Assembly: GCF_020745735.1 (NCBI RefSeq)
Contig: NC_083409.1
Coordinates: 11,649,052 to 11,713,051 of the forward strand
From: Hemiscyllium ocellatum
Lineage: Eukaryota
Direction: 5' to 3'
DNA length: 64,000 nt
Below the pieces are notes generated by a model. That model did not search any database. It saw nothing but the letters and a program-made list of their open reading frames with translations, and was not told where the DNA came from. A program made the position numbers and the translations under genes. How positions within the stretch are numbered: the stretch's first letter is position 1; each line of letters starts with the position of its first letter. This document shows, in pieces, positions 36,830 to 48,399 of the stretch.

Positions 36830-37290
36830 CTCCAACCTCAAAGAAAGACTTGCATTTATGTTGCACCTGCCTCCACCTAAGGATGTTGCAGTGGCTCTTT
36901 CCATCAGACTGTGCTCAGCAAGATCCCAGAGAGCTGGGTGACAATGAGGCGAGGATCAGATTTTTAGTGATGCTAATTAGGGAATCAATATTGACCAGGA
37001 CACCAGGAGACACCGTCCTGCTGTCTGTCTAATAGAGCCATGGAATGGCATCTCTGATATCTGAAAGGCTCCCAGTGCATCAAAAGAGAGACTTGTATGT
37101 CAGGCTCTCCCAAAGCATTTACAGAGAGTGAGGGACTTGTCTGGACACTGGTCACTGTTGTAATGCAGAAAACACAATTTGCACATAGCAATATCGCACA
37201 AAAATAAATGAGATTATGAAGCATGTTCAGTGATGTTTCAGGGATAAATATTGACCTGAAGTCAACCCAAAGAGAAAGCAAATGGGTTCA
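36830..37290 (+). mobile_element. Deu-SINE (SacSINE1/AmnSINE1-like) relics; related pieces near 5640, 13710-13950, 14690-14830, 19600-19790, 23270, 30750-30930
   Basis: Recalled resemblance to Deu-domain segments (GTCACTGTTGTAATG, GCCATGGAATGGCATCT); heavily diverged. Confidence 0.45.
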
Positions 37291-37619
37291 GTTGCACAAA
37301 ACGTGAGAAAATGAAAGGCACAGGAGAAGGTGGGAGTCGTGGTTAGTGATGGGTTTGATTGTTACCAGAAAATAAAAGGAAGGATCAGAATTTGTGAATG
37401 TCATATTGTAACAAGGCAATACAGACAGTAGAAATAACCTAAAGTCTTTGTATGATAACGCATTCGGAATAAGGTAGACAGAGTGATGCCACAAATTGAG
37501 GTTCCCAAGTACTTTAAAATCATTAAAGTGACGCAGGGCTCAGGAGAGGTTAGTAAAGTTCCCAAAATAATTAATAGGACATAGATTATGGAAAGGGTCA
37601 GAAAATTAATTTTAGGCAC

Positions 37620-38800
37620 AGTGCATAAGGGGACAACTATGAAAAGGAGGACAGTCAGTGCAGGACTGAGGGTGTTGTACCTGAATGCAGGGAGTATCCG
37701 AAATGAGGTAAATATGTTTGTCGCAGATTGGAATTGGCAGGTACGATGTTTTGAGTATCACAGAGACCTGGCTGTAAGGGGTTGAGGGCTGGGAATGAAA
37801 TACTCAAGGATGCACATCCGATTGACAGGACATGCTGATGGGCAGATGGGGGTGGGGTTACCTTCTTGGTAAGAAATGAAATGAGATCAATCACAAGAAG
37901 GGATTTAGAGTTGGAATGCATTCAATCTGTGTGGGTAGAGGTGAGGAGTTGCAAGGGAGAAAGAGCATGATGAGAACTTAGCACAGGACCCCCCAGCAGC
38001 AGTCAGGATATGAGGAAGAAAATAAATCAGGTGATAGAGAAGGCCCTGCTATAATAGTCATGAGGGACTTCAATATGCAGGGAGACTGGAAAATTAAATT
38101 GTTTGGGGATCTCAAGGGTAGGAATTAATGGAATGTTTACGACATGGTTTTTAGAGCAGCTTGTGGTAGAGATCACTATGGAACAGGCAATTCTGGATTG
38201 GGTGATGTGTATTGAAGCAGACCTGATTAGGGAACTTAGGGTGAAGGAATCCCTTGGGGGCATTGACCGTAATATGACAGAATTCACCCTGCAGTTTGTG
38301 ACAGGGAATCTGGAGTCAGTTGTACCGGTAATGCAATTAACTTAAGGTAACTACAAAGACATGAGGGAGGAGCTGGCCAGAGTTGGTAAGAAAGGAAGCT
38401 GAGCATAAGAGAGAATGGAGCAGCAATGGTAGGAGTTTCTGGGGGGTAATTTGGGAGGCAGAGCAGGAATTTAACCCAAGGAAGAAGAAAGGTACTGAGT
38501 GGAGGCCAAGGCAACCATGGCTGATGAGGGAAGTCAGGGTCAGCATAAAAGCAAAAGAAAAAACATGCAATGTGGTGAAGATTATTGGGAAGCCGGAGGA
38601 TTGGGAAGCCTTTAAAAAACAGCAGAGAGTAACTAAAAAAAAGTAAGGGTGGGTGTGTAAATAAAATATGAGGGTCAACGAGTTAGTAACATAAAAGAAT
38701 ATTGCAAGAGGTTTTCTTTAGATATATGAAAGGCAAGAGGGAGTCAATAATAGAAATTGTACCACTGGAAAAGGCAGAAGTAGTAATGGGGAACAAAGAA
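37620..38800 (+). mobile_element. Decayed CR1 endonuclease region in the J-C intron
   Basis: LRVLYLNAGSIRN; LEQLVVEITMEQAILDWV; paralogous fragment at 15030-15510. Confidence 0.75.
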
Positions 38801-39459
38801 ATGGTGGAAAAAGTGCATCGGTGCCTTAAATCAGCTTTAACAGTGGTGTGATAATGCTGCTCATTTCACAAGTTTGAGTTGTCCTTGGATTTTTTTTCAA
38901 GAGGGGTTGTAAAGGCAGAGGTTCCAATTTGTCTGGGTTAGGGACTTTGCTCATGGCTAACAGATACTGCCTAAGGCAACAGTCAGGGAAAAGGCTTTTA
39001 GGTTTTATATTAAACACTTGTCCAATAAAAGGAAAATGGCCAGTTCTTCCAGTTTGCTGTTTTTGACAAACAGTCGGTTGGAAGCTCCTGGATAAAGAAA
39101 GCTGCTGGTGAGAAAGGTTCCCCAATTCAACATTTTCCAGTGGACTCACTGTCTGAAATTCCTCTCCTGTAAGAACCCCTGTGTTTATATTTACCTTCTT
39201 GCCAAGGCTATTACAGCAAATTGGAACAGCTCTTTGTCAAGTTACATTTTTTCGTCAGTTGGGTTTTCAAATAGTTAAGTTATTCTAAATTCTGTTTTCT
39301 TTTGATTGTAAATAAATACTCTTTTCCTTCAAGCTGAGTGGTTTGGCCAGTTGTATCAATCCTGGAATATCCAGGTTACATTTGCTGAACACAATTCGAA
39401 AAGGTAAGGTCTGGGCTGCATTCTTAAAATGTTTTGAAGGGTCTGGCCTGGTCCATAAC

Positions 39460-40900
39460 AATGTCACAGAGTCCTACAGCATGGAGACAGGCCATTTGGA
39501 CCAAACTGGTCCATGCCAACCAAAATGTCCATTTACGCTAATCCTGCACTTGGCCCATATCCTTCTGAATCCTTTCCTTTGCTGTATTTGTCCAAATGCC
39601 TTTTAAATGTTATTAATGTACCCACCTCAACCACTTCCACTGGCAGCTCATTCCATATGCGAACAATCCTATGTGTAAAAAGGTTGCCCCTCAGGTTCCC
39701 TTTTATTCTTTCCCCTCTAACCTTAAACTGATGCGCTCTAGCTCATATTCGCAAACCTTGGGGAAAAGACAGAGTGAATTCACCCTATCCATGCCTCTCA
39801 TGATCTTATGAGGTCCTCCCTCAGTCTCCTACACTCTAAAGAAAAAAGTACTCTCCCTTTAACCCAAACGATTGAATCCTGGCAACATGCTTGCAAATTT
39901 CTTCTGCACTCTTTCCAGTTTAATAACATCCTTCCTGGAACAAGGTGACCAAAACTGAACACAATATTCCAAGTGTGGCTTCACCAGTGTCCTGCATAAC
40001 TGCAACATAACTTCCCAACATCTGTAGTCAATGCCCTGACTGATGAAGGGCACTGCAGAAAAAGCTCTCTTCTCTGCTCTATTTACTGTGACTCCATTTT
40101 CAGAGAACTGCTTATCTGAATTCTAAGGACCCTCTGTTCCATTATATTCCTTAAGGTCCTATCATTCACCATGAAACTCCTACCTTGCTTTAAATTTCCA
40201 AAATACAAGACCTCACATTTGTCTGTATTAAACTCTATTTGTCATTTCTCGGCCCACTTCCCCAGCTGAGCAAGGTCCTGCTGCAATTTCTGATAACTGT
40301 CCGCACTGTCCACGATGCTGCTTATTTGAGTGTCATCAGCAAACTCACTAACCATGCCTTGTACATTCTCATCCAAAACATTGTTATAGATAACAAACAG
40401 CAATGGGCTCAGCACTGACCACTGAGGCACTCCACTAGTCACAGGCCTCCAGTACAATAAGGATTCTTCCCCTATTACCCTGTGCTTTCTACCATCAAGC
40501 CAATCGTGTATCCAATTTGCCAGGTCACCTTGGATTCCATGCAATCTAACCTTCCATAACAGCCTACCATGTGGAACCTTATCAAAGGCCTCACTGAAAT
40601 CCATATAGACCACGTCTACCATCCTGCCCTCATCAACCTTCCTGGTAAATTCATCAAAGTACCTTAACAAATTTGTGAGGCATATTCTCCCACTCACAAA
40701 GTCATGCTGACAACTCCTAATCAAATTCACTCTTTCCAAATGCATGTGTACCTTATCTTATCAAACAACTTACCCACCACAAATGTTAAGCTTATAATTC
40801 CCAGGCATTTGTTTTTCAGCCCTTTTTGAACAATGGCACAGTCTTCGCTATCCTCCAGTCTTCTGGCACCTCACCTGTGGCTAACCATGATGCTTAATTA
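39460..40900 (-). mobile_element. Decayed CR1 RT/3' fragment
   Basis: ORF 40242-40745 QHDFVSGRICLTNL...GVPQWSVL...EFADDT. Confidence 0.8.
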
Positions 40901-40929
40901 TCAGCCAGTACACCTGACCTTCAAGAGAG

Positions 40930-42560
40930 TTGGGAGCAGAAGTGAGTGGAAAGGGCATCACTAAGGTGGAGGGGTTGAGGCAGCTGAAAGGTCTGAAGGT
41001 GGATAAATCATTCAGACCCGATGGACTACACTCCAGAGTTCTGATGGAGATAGCTAAGGTAATTGTAGGGCCATTGGCTGTGATCTTTCAGAAATCACTG
41101 GAGTCAGGAGTGGTCCCAGAAGACTGGAAAATAGTGAATGTAACATCCCTGTTTAAGAAAGGAGGGAGGCAGAGATGGGACATTATAAGCTGGTTAGCCT
41201 GACCTCGGTCATTGGTAAGATTTTAGAGGTCTATCTAAGGGTGAGATTGCAGGTATTTGGAATCTCACCCTTAAGTCTGGTAAAATTGCAGCCTGGCAAA
41301 ATTGGGCTGAGTCAGCACAGCTTCATCAAAGGGAGACATGCCTGATAAATCTGTTAGAAATCTTTGAGGAGGTAACAAGTGAGTTAGACAAAGGAGAGCC
41401 AGTGGATGTGATCCATTTGGATTTCCATCAGGCCTTTGACAGGGTACAATAAAGGAGACTGCTAAGTCAAATCAGAGCCCATGCTGTCAGGAGCAAGGCA
41501 CTGCGAATTGTAGAGGATTGGCTGGCCGGCACAAAGGCGAGAGTAGGGACAAAGGGATTTTTTTCTGGATGGCTGGTGGTGCTTTGTGGTGATCCTCAGG
41601 GATCTGTGTTGGGACCACAACTATTCACATTATCCATTAACAATCTGGATAAGGAACTGAAGATATTGTTCATATGTTTGTAGATGACACAAAAATTGGT
41701 GAAAGGACAGGTGGAGTTGAGGAAGTGGGGGAGATTGCAGAAGGACTTGGTCAGGCTGGGAGAATGTACAAAGAAGTGGCAGGTGGAGTACAATGCGGGG
41801 ACTTGTGAGGCTAGATACTTTGGTGGGAAGAATAGAGACACAGAATGTTTTCTAAGTGAGGAAAGATTTCAGAAATCTGAAGCACAAAGAGAATTGGGAG
41901 TCCTTGCTCAGGTTTCTCTGAAGGTTAACGTGCAGGTTCACCATTGGCTGTTTGAAAGGCAGTTACAATGTTAGCATTAACTTTAACGTCAGAGGTGTAC
42001 TGCTGAGTTTGTATAAGTCTGTAATCAGACCACATTTGGAATTTTGGTCTCCTTATTAAGGAAGGATGTGCTGTCATTGGAGAGGGTCCAGAGGAAAAAG
42101 AGAGAAAGAATAAGAATACTCCTGGGAATGAAGGGGTGTCATATAAAGAGTGGTTGAGGATTCTGGATCTGTATAACAATTGTGTTTAGAAAGATGACGG
42201 AGGAATCTTATTGAAACTACAGAATATTGAGAGGCCTGGAGAACATGGAGAAGGTGTTTCCACGAATAGAAGAAACTTGGGCCCGAAGGCAAAGCCTCAG
42301 AGTGAAGAATGATCCGTCAGAACTGAGGTAAGGAGGCATTTCTTCAGCCACAGGGTGGTGAATCTGCGGAACTCATTGTCACAGAGGTCTATGGATGCCA
42401 AGATGTTGAGAGTATTTAAAACAGAGACAGATCGGTTCTTGATCAGTAAGGAGATCAAAAGTTAAAAGGAGAATGGGGTTGAGAAACACATCACACAAGA
42501 TCAAATGGCAGAGCAGACGCTCTTCTGACTGGCCCAATTCTGCTCCTATATCTTAAGTAT
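40930..42560 (+). mobile_element. Decayed CR1 RT/3' fragment
   Basis: KVDKSFRPDGLHSRVL and later RT remnants. Confidence 0.8.
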
Positions 42561-42605
42561 TTTGGGTTTATGTAGAGGTTCCTTGAATCCCTGGAAAACT
42601 GGAAG

Positions 42606-42941
42606 TACGGTCACTTAGTGGTTAGCCCTGCTGCCTCACAGCGCTATGGACCCAGGTTTGATTGTAGCCTCGGGCGTCTGTCTGTGTGGAGTTTGCATGT
42701 TCTCCCTGTGCCTGTGTGGGTTTCCTCCGGGTGCTCTGGCTTCCTCCCACAGTCCAAAGCTGTGCAGGTTCGGTGAATTGGCCATGCTAAATTGCCCATA
42801 GTGCAGGTTAGGTACATTAGTCAGGAGTAAATGTAGGTTAAAAAGGTAGGGGAATGGGTCTGGGTGGGTTACTGTTCGGAGGGTCAGCGTGGACTTGTTG
42901 GACCAAATGGCCTGTTTCCATACTGTAGGAATTCTATGATT
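42606..42941 (+). mobile_element. V-SINE (HE1-like), diverged, in the J-C intron
   Basis: V-domain core and CR1-like 3' end. Confidence 0.85.
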
Positions 42942-42944
42942 GTA

Positions 42945-44050
42945 TGGACATTGAAAGTACTGGATTGTGGGCCCTGCTGTTGCTGTTTCTCAAAAGTACT
43001 TTGACAAAAGATAATCAGGGAGTGGTGAGAGTGAGCATCAGGTTGCATGAGGGAATTGCTTGTCCTGCTTCCTGGAATACCATGAGTACAGGAAGTGTGG
43101 TCAGTGACAGCAGTTGCAACTCTGGGTTTCGGAGCTTCAGCAGCAGCTGGTGTCAGTGAGGAGCGTCCGTGAGGCTGAGAGCTCCGTAGAGAGCACGTTT
43201 CTAGATGTGGTCACTCTGCAGTTTCAGAGTATGCAGGGAGAGAGGGAATGGGGAGCAGCAGACAGTCCAAAAGGACCAGGCAGCTAGTACAGGAATCCCA
43301 TGAGTGCATCCCACTCTCCAACCAGGATTCAGTTTGGAATCCTGATCAGAATGATGGTTCATCTGGGCAGTGCAGCCAGAGCCAAGTCCCTGCCACCATG
43401 GGGGGCTCAGCTGTACACGGGGGGCACAAGGAAGACTGGAAGAGCAATAGTGAGAGGAGATTCGAGAGTGAGGGCATCGATAGGTGTTTCTGCAGCTGCA
43501 GATGGGAATCCAGGATGGTGTGTTGTCTCCCTGGTGCCAGGGTGAAGGATGTCACTGAGCGACTGCAGAGCACCCTGAGGGGAGAGGGGGAACAGGCAGC
43601 AGTCGTGGTCCACATCGGTCCCAGTGACAGTGGGAGAAAAGGGATGTGGTCCTCCAGTCAGAATTTAGGGAGTTCCAGAGGGAATTAGCAGCAGGAGCTC
43701 AAAAGTAGGAATCTCCAAGATTACCCCCAGTGCCCCACACAACTGAGAATAGAAAGAGGAGGATAGCACAGGTGACGGTGGAACTGAAAAGACAGTCCAG
43801 GAGGAAGGGCTTTCGATTATTTTAACATTGGGACTGGCTTTGGGGGGAGATGGACATGTACAGACCAGACGGGTTGCTCCTGAACAGACCTGGGACTGAG
43901 TTCCTTTGGGGTGATTTACTCGTGCTGTTGGAGAGGGTTTAAACTATCTTGGCCTGTGGGATCCAGGAGCTAATACCAGAGAGGAACACAGAGGTGCACA
44001 GAATCCTGGGAGAGATAGATAGCACCAGAATAAGGAATAGAACTTCTTAC
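42945..44050 (+). mobile_element. Decayed CR1 ORF1 region
   Basis: SRMVCCLPGARVKDVTERLQ...VVVHIG (SGNH esterase-like ORF1). Confidence 0.7.
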
Positions 44051-44259
44051 CCAGTTTCAGAGTGAGGGAGAGAGAGTAATAAATTCTAAATCAGGGTCAC
44101 TGTGTAAGGATGGGACTGCACGGAGTGTTGGGAATAAGACTGGGAAGGTACAGCCACAGAGTGTTAAGTGGAAATCTGATGTGTGTCTCTCACATAGGAA
44201 GATAAGATAATAAGAACATTAGAAATAGGAGCAGGAGTGGGCTATCTGACCCATCGAGG

Positions 44260-44700
44260 ATGAGGAACGTGAGTTATGAAGATAGACTGAAGACGTTGGG
44301 ACTGTTTTCCTCAGAGAAGAGAAGGCAGAGAGGAGATTTGATCGAGAAATTCAAAATCAGGAGGGGTCTGAACAGAGTAAACCAGGAGAAAATGTTCCCA
44401 CCTGAGAAAGAATTGAGAGGGAGAGGCCATGGATTGAAAATAATTGGTAAAAGAGGCGAAAGTGAGATGGGGGAAAAACATTTTCAGCCAGTGGGTGGTT
44501 AAGGTGTGGAATGCACTGCCTGAGAGTGTGGTGGAGGCAGCTTCAATTGAAACATTCCGAAGGGAATGAGACTGTTATTCAAAAAGGAACAATGTGCAGG
44601 GTGACAGGGAGAAGGCAGGAGAATGACACTCAGTGAATTGCTCATTCAGAGAGCCGGTCCAGACAGGATGAGTTGAATGGCCTCCTTGTGCACTGAAACG
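44260..44700 (+). mobile_element. Decayed CR1 3' fragment
   Basis: SYEDRLKTLGLFSSEKRRQRGDLIE. Confidence 0.75.
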
Positions 44701-44764
44701 ATTCTGTGATTGTGTGATTGAGCAGAGTTAAAGCTGGGGGAGGTGGGAGCTCGGTGTCTCACTG

Positions 44765-44766
<2 letters not shown>

Positions 44767-44799
<33 letters not shown>
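44767..44799. repeat. (CTG)11 microsatellite in the J-C intron
   Basis: Direct reading. Confidence 0.97.
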
Positions 44800-45159
44800 A
44801 GGTCAGTGAGATCAGAGACTGGGACAGGGAGCCAGAGCTCACATCAAACTCTGCCCGTGTCCGTCACACTGAGACTGGCAGGAGGCTACTCACTGATTTC
44901 ACTCCATGCTGCAGGAATGGGACCACAGGCTGCAAATGGACAGAGCTCCTCCACACGGTGAGTAAAACTGACTGACTTATATCTTGCTGCTTAAGCAGGG
45001 CAATAGGACGACAGAAATACAGCTGGACACCCTGTTAGACACAGTGCTCCTCAATCATTCACTGCAGCTCCCCACTAACACCTGCATCAATTCAGCATTT
45101 GTGATTTAGAAAGTTTCAGTATTGAAAGGGTTAATAACGGAGGATTGAGGTTTACTTAC

Positions 45160-45194
45160 TCAGTCTGAGCTTGGTTCCTTTACCGAACGTAAGC
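45160..45194 (-). CDS. IGKJ: Ig light chain J segment (LTFGKGTKLRL)
   Basis: FGxG motif; phase-1 donor A|GTAAGT at 45159-45154; abuts the 23-RSS. Confidence 0.96.
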
Positions 45195-45233
45195 CACAGT
45201 GAGAGCTCCCAGTGTAGAGGCTGTACAAAAACC
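45195..45233 (+). other. J recombination signal, 23-bp spacer
   Basis: Plus strand CACAGTG (45195-45201), 23 nt, ACAAAAACC (45225-45233); faces the V 12-RSS, so joining would delete about 475 nt. Confidence 0.97.
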
Positions 45234-45641
45234 TCAGCTCTCTGCTTCCCTCTGTCACTCTCACCCTCTCCCTATTTCCCAGTCTGTCGGTCACTCTCAC
45301 CCTCTTTTTGCCCCTATCAGTCTCTCCCTCATTCATGTGTCTTTCTGTCTCTGCCTCTGGGTTGTGAACTTTATTTTTTGTTGTTAAATCTTGCAGCTGT
45401 TCTTCACATGTGGCCATGCAGTGGAAGGGGGAAACCTGAGGCCTTCAGTGAGCGTTGAGACACCACAGGGACTGGAGTGTGTCGTGGACAGTGACAATCC
45501 CAGCATGGGGTAATTTGTTCAGTTTCATTTAGATCTAACTGTGGGATATGACAGTTCAGGCGGTGGGACTGTGTGTCCATTATTATGCATTTTATATAAC
45601 CGTGGATGTGTCAGTACAGGAGGTGATTCTGTGTGCTTTGA

Positions 45642-45669
45642 GGTTTTTGTATGGCTCTGTGTCACTGTG
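45642..45669 (-). other. V recombination signal, 12-bp spacer
   Basis: CACAGTG-ACACAGAGCCAT-ACAAAAACC; heptamer and nonamer are perfect consensus. Confidence 0.97.
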
Positions 45670-45968
45670 TCGAGGGTAGCTGCTATACTGCATACAGTAA
45701 TAGTCAGCGACATCCTCATTCTGAACGTTGCTGATTTTCAGGGTGAAACTGGTCCCTGATCCACTGCCGGTGAATCGATCCGAGACTCCTGTGAATTGAT
45801 TTGTTGCAGCATAGATCAGGAGAGAGGGTTTCTGACCTTCTCGCTGCTGGTACCAGGAAAGCTCATTGCTAACAGATTGACTGGCCGTACAGGTGATGGT
45901 TGCGGTCTGGCCCCGTCCCACTGACAGCACCGGGGGAGACTGAGTCATGATGATGTCCCCACTGATAC
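45670..45968 (-). CDS. IGKV: Ig kappa-type V exon, germline and unrearranged ([100 protein letters not shown])
   Basis: Pyrimidine tract + CAG acceptor at 45971-45969; V-set hallmarks (both Cys, WYQQ, GSGSGT, DxADYYC); no stops; followed directly by an RSS. Kappa assignment rests on recalled resemblance to shark NS4 and on the V-12/J-23 arrangement. Confidence 0.96.
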
Positions 45969-46154
45969 CTGAGGGATCAGAGAGAAACACAGTGAAGTCA
46001 GAACTGTCACAGAAAGAGCCGGTCAAATGAGAGATTGTTGGAGACACTGAGCATTCCTCTGGTTTCAGCATTTTCCCTTCAATCACAAGTCAGTGGAATT
46101 GGAGTGAAATGGAGAGCAGCTAAAGATTCAAGGTGGAAGGAGAGAGATTTGTAC

Positions 46155-46203
46155 CTGCGACACAGAATGCCAGGGGCCAGATCAGCTGGATGTGTGAAAT
46201 CAT
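46155..46203 (-). CDS. IGKV: Ig kappa-type light chain leader exon (MISHIQLIWPLAFCVA+G)
   Basis: ATG at 46203-46201, 49-nt exon ending in phase 1 at a G|GTAC donor; hydrophobic signal peptide; splices in frame to the V exon. Confidence 0.93.
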
Positions 46204-46263
46204 GGTGTGTGCTCCTGTCCCTGTGCCTGGTTCCTGATAAACTCTCCCTTCACTGGGCTCTGC

Positions 46264-46362
46264 TTTATAAAGCTGCAGCCTGTGAGAGTCTGACTGGGTG
46301 TTCCTCAGTATGTAAATGGCATCAGGCAGAGAGAGCCACGTCAGCCCCTCACACTTCCTCTT
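46264..46362 (-). promoter_or_regulatory. V promoter: TATA-like TTTATAAA (46264-46271), octamer variant ATTTACAT (46317-46310), TGACGTGG (46343-46336), PU.1-like AAGAGGAAGTG (46362-46352)
   Basis: Motifs read directly 60-160 nt upstream of the leader ATG, in the order and spacing usual for Ig light-chain promoters; function untested. Confidence 0.6.
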
Positions 46363-46389
46363 CTCACTCTCTCTTTGTCTCAGAGAGTG

Positions 46390-47330
46390 ATTGATGTGAA
46401 CAGCACTGAATGAGGCCATTTGGCCCATTGTGTCTGTGCTGGTAAACAAAGATCTGATGACACTAATCCCATCCTCCAGCTCTTGGCCCATTACCCTGGG
46501 GGTTACAGCAACACAAGGGAATATCTAAACACTGCTCCAATGTCACAAGAGTTTGTGACTCAACCAGCCTTTCAGGCAGTGAGTTCCAGACTCCCACCAC
46601 CCTCTGGTTGAAAACATTTCTCCTCAATTCTCCTCTCACTCTGCAACTCAACTGGGCCTGGAGTCACTCGAGTTTAGAAGGATGAGAGGGGATCTGATTG
46701 AAACATATAAAATTGTAACAGGGCTGGGCAGGGAGGAGGTTTCCCCTGGTTGGGGAGTCTGGAACCAGGGGACACAGGCTCAGGGGGATACAGGGTAGAC
46801 CATTTAGGACTGAGATGAGGAAACATTTCTTCACTCAGAGGATGGTCAACCTGATGAATTCTCTACCACAAACGGCTGTGGAGGACAAGGAACTGAATAT
46901 ATTCAAGAAAAAAAGAGTTGTTTTGCATTTTAACAGCATGAAGGAAATAGGGAGAAAGCAGCAACACAGCATTGAGAGAGAGGATCAGCCATGATCATAC
47001 TGAATGACACACAAGACTCAAAGGGCCGAATGGCCTGCTCCTGCTCCAAGTTTCTATGTGTCCATGTCTGTGTTACCTTCAATCTCTGTCCCTGGTTATT
47101 GAGTCCTTTACTCTTGTATAAAGTACCTTCCTATGCAACATATCACTGCCAACAATTATCTTATACCTCTCTATCAGGTCCCTCTCAACCTTCAATGCTC
47201 CAAGGAAAACAGCCCCAACCTTTCCAATCTTTCCTCATAGCTGACCCTTCATCCCAGGCAGCATCCTGGGAAATCTCCTCTGCCCCCTCTCAAGTACAAT
47301 CACATCCTTCCCAGAATGTGGTGACCAGGA
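46390..47330. mobile_element. Cluster of short CR1 3' fragments in both orientations just upstream of the V promoter
   Basis: RRNVFNQRVVGVWNSLP (minus) and a plus-strand fragment ending in the GGGCCGAATGGCC terminus. Confidence 0.6.
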
Positions 47331-47670
47331 CCTCTCTCTCTCTCTCTCTTTTCCCCTTTCTGTCTCACATCTGCTACTTTGATCTCTCTACATCTATCTC
47401 TCTCTCCCACTGTTAATCTCTCTCATATTCCCTCTCTCTCACTCTGTCTCATAGCCACTCTCTCCAACTCACTCACCCTTCCTCACTCTGTATCATAATC
47501 TTTCTCTGTCTCTCACTGCCTCCGTCACTTGCTCCATCTCTCACTTCAATTGAAAGCCTCCAAATGTTATCTCCCCCTCTCTATTTCTCCCTCTGTCTCT
47601 CCCTCCTTGTCCGCATCCCACTTGACCTCTATTTCTCTTTCTCTGTCTCACTTCTCTCTCTTTCTCAGTG
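47330..47670. repeat. CT-rich low-complexity tract
   Basis: Strong pyrimidine bias on the plus strand. Confidence 0.85.
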
Positions 47671-48399
47671 TCCCAGGTGGTGACAGTTGAATTCAGGATA
47701 AATCTCTCTCTGCTCTGCCCGACAAATGGATGTTAACCCTTTACCCCAGAAGCATGTCTTCTCCTGGAGTAAAGGCCCATTTCCACATTGACCAGGTTTT
47801 GGTATCTCTCAGGAAGATGGACAGATTCTTGTTAAATGAAGGGCAGTTCTGTGCTGTTGGCCTATTCTCACTGGGGACTGGTTTGGACACAAACCTCATT
47901 CCATGAAGGCCCAGCAGAGAGAGGAGATCCTCAGGCCATCAGTGTGAGCTGGAGGGACAGAACAGGCTCTGACCCACTGACCCATCCTGTCCATTCACAA
48001 CATGTTCCAATCCCTTCCCCTCTCCTTCCCCTTCCATGGTCAGTCTCTGAGTCAGTTGGACCATCACACATGTACAACAGAAAGGAACTGAACCCCACAC
48101 CCACCATGGTGTCCACGATGCACTGGACTCTCCAACAGATTCCAGTCAACATGGACATCAGTTCCCGAGAGTGCCCCATAGAGAGACATGGGCCTCCTTT
48201 CCAATGAGCTCCCAAATAGAGACCAGTAAACATGGGCATTGTTCCTGCTTGAGCCTCCGATAAAGACCAGTACATATTGGCCTCCTTCCTAATAGACTCA
48301 CCAAAGAAGACCAGTAAACATGGACCTCCTTCTGACTGGATACTCCAAGAAGACCAGGAAATGTGGGCCTCCTATTCACTTGTCCTTCTAATGGAGACA

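Noticed and set aside
38941-38950. GGGACTTTGC as a kappa intronic kB site
   Set aside because: One mismatch in a critical C, chance matches are expected, and the surrounding 38.8-39.4 kb may itself be an unrecognised repeat.
44743-44961. ORF resembling a signal peptide (MGARCLTVLLLLLLLLLLL...)
   Set aside because: Poly-Leu comes from the (CTG)11 microsatellite, the start is GTG, it is antisense within the Ig intron, and there is no downstream domain.
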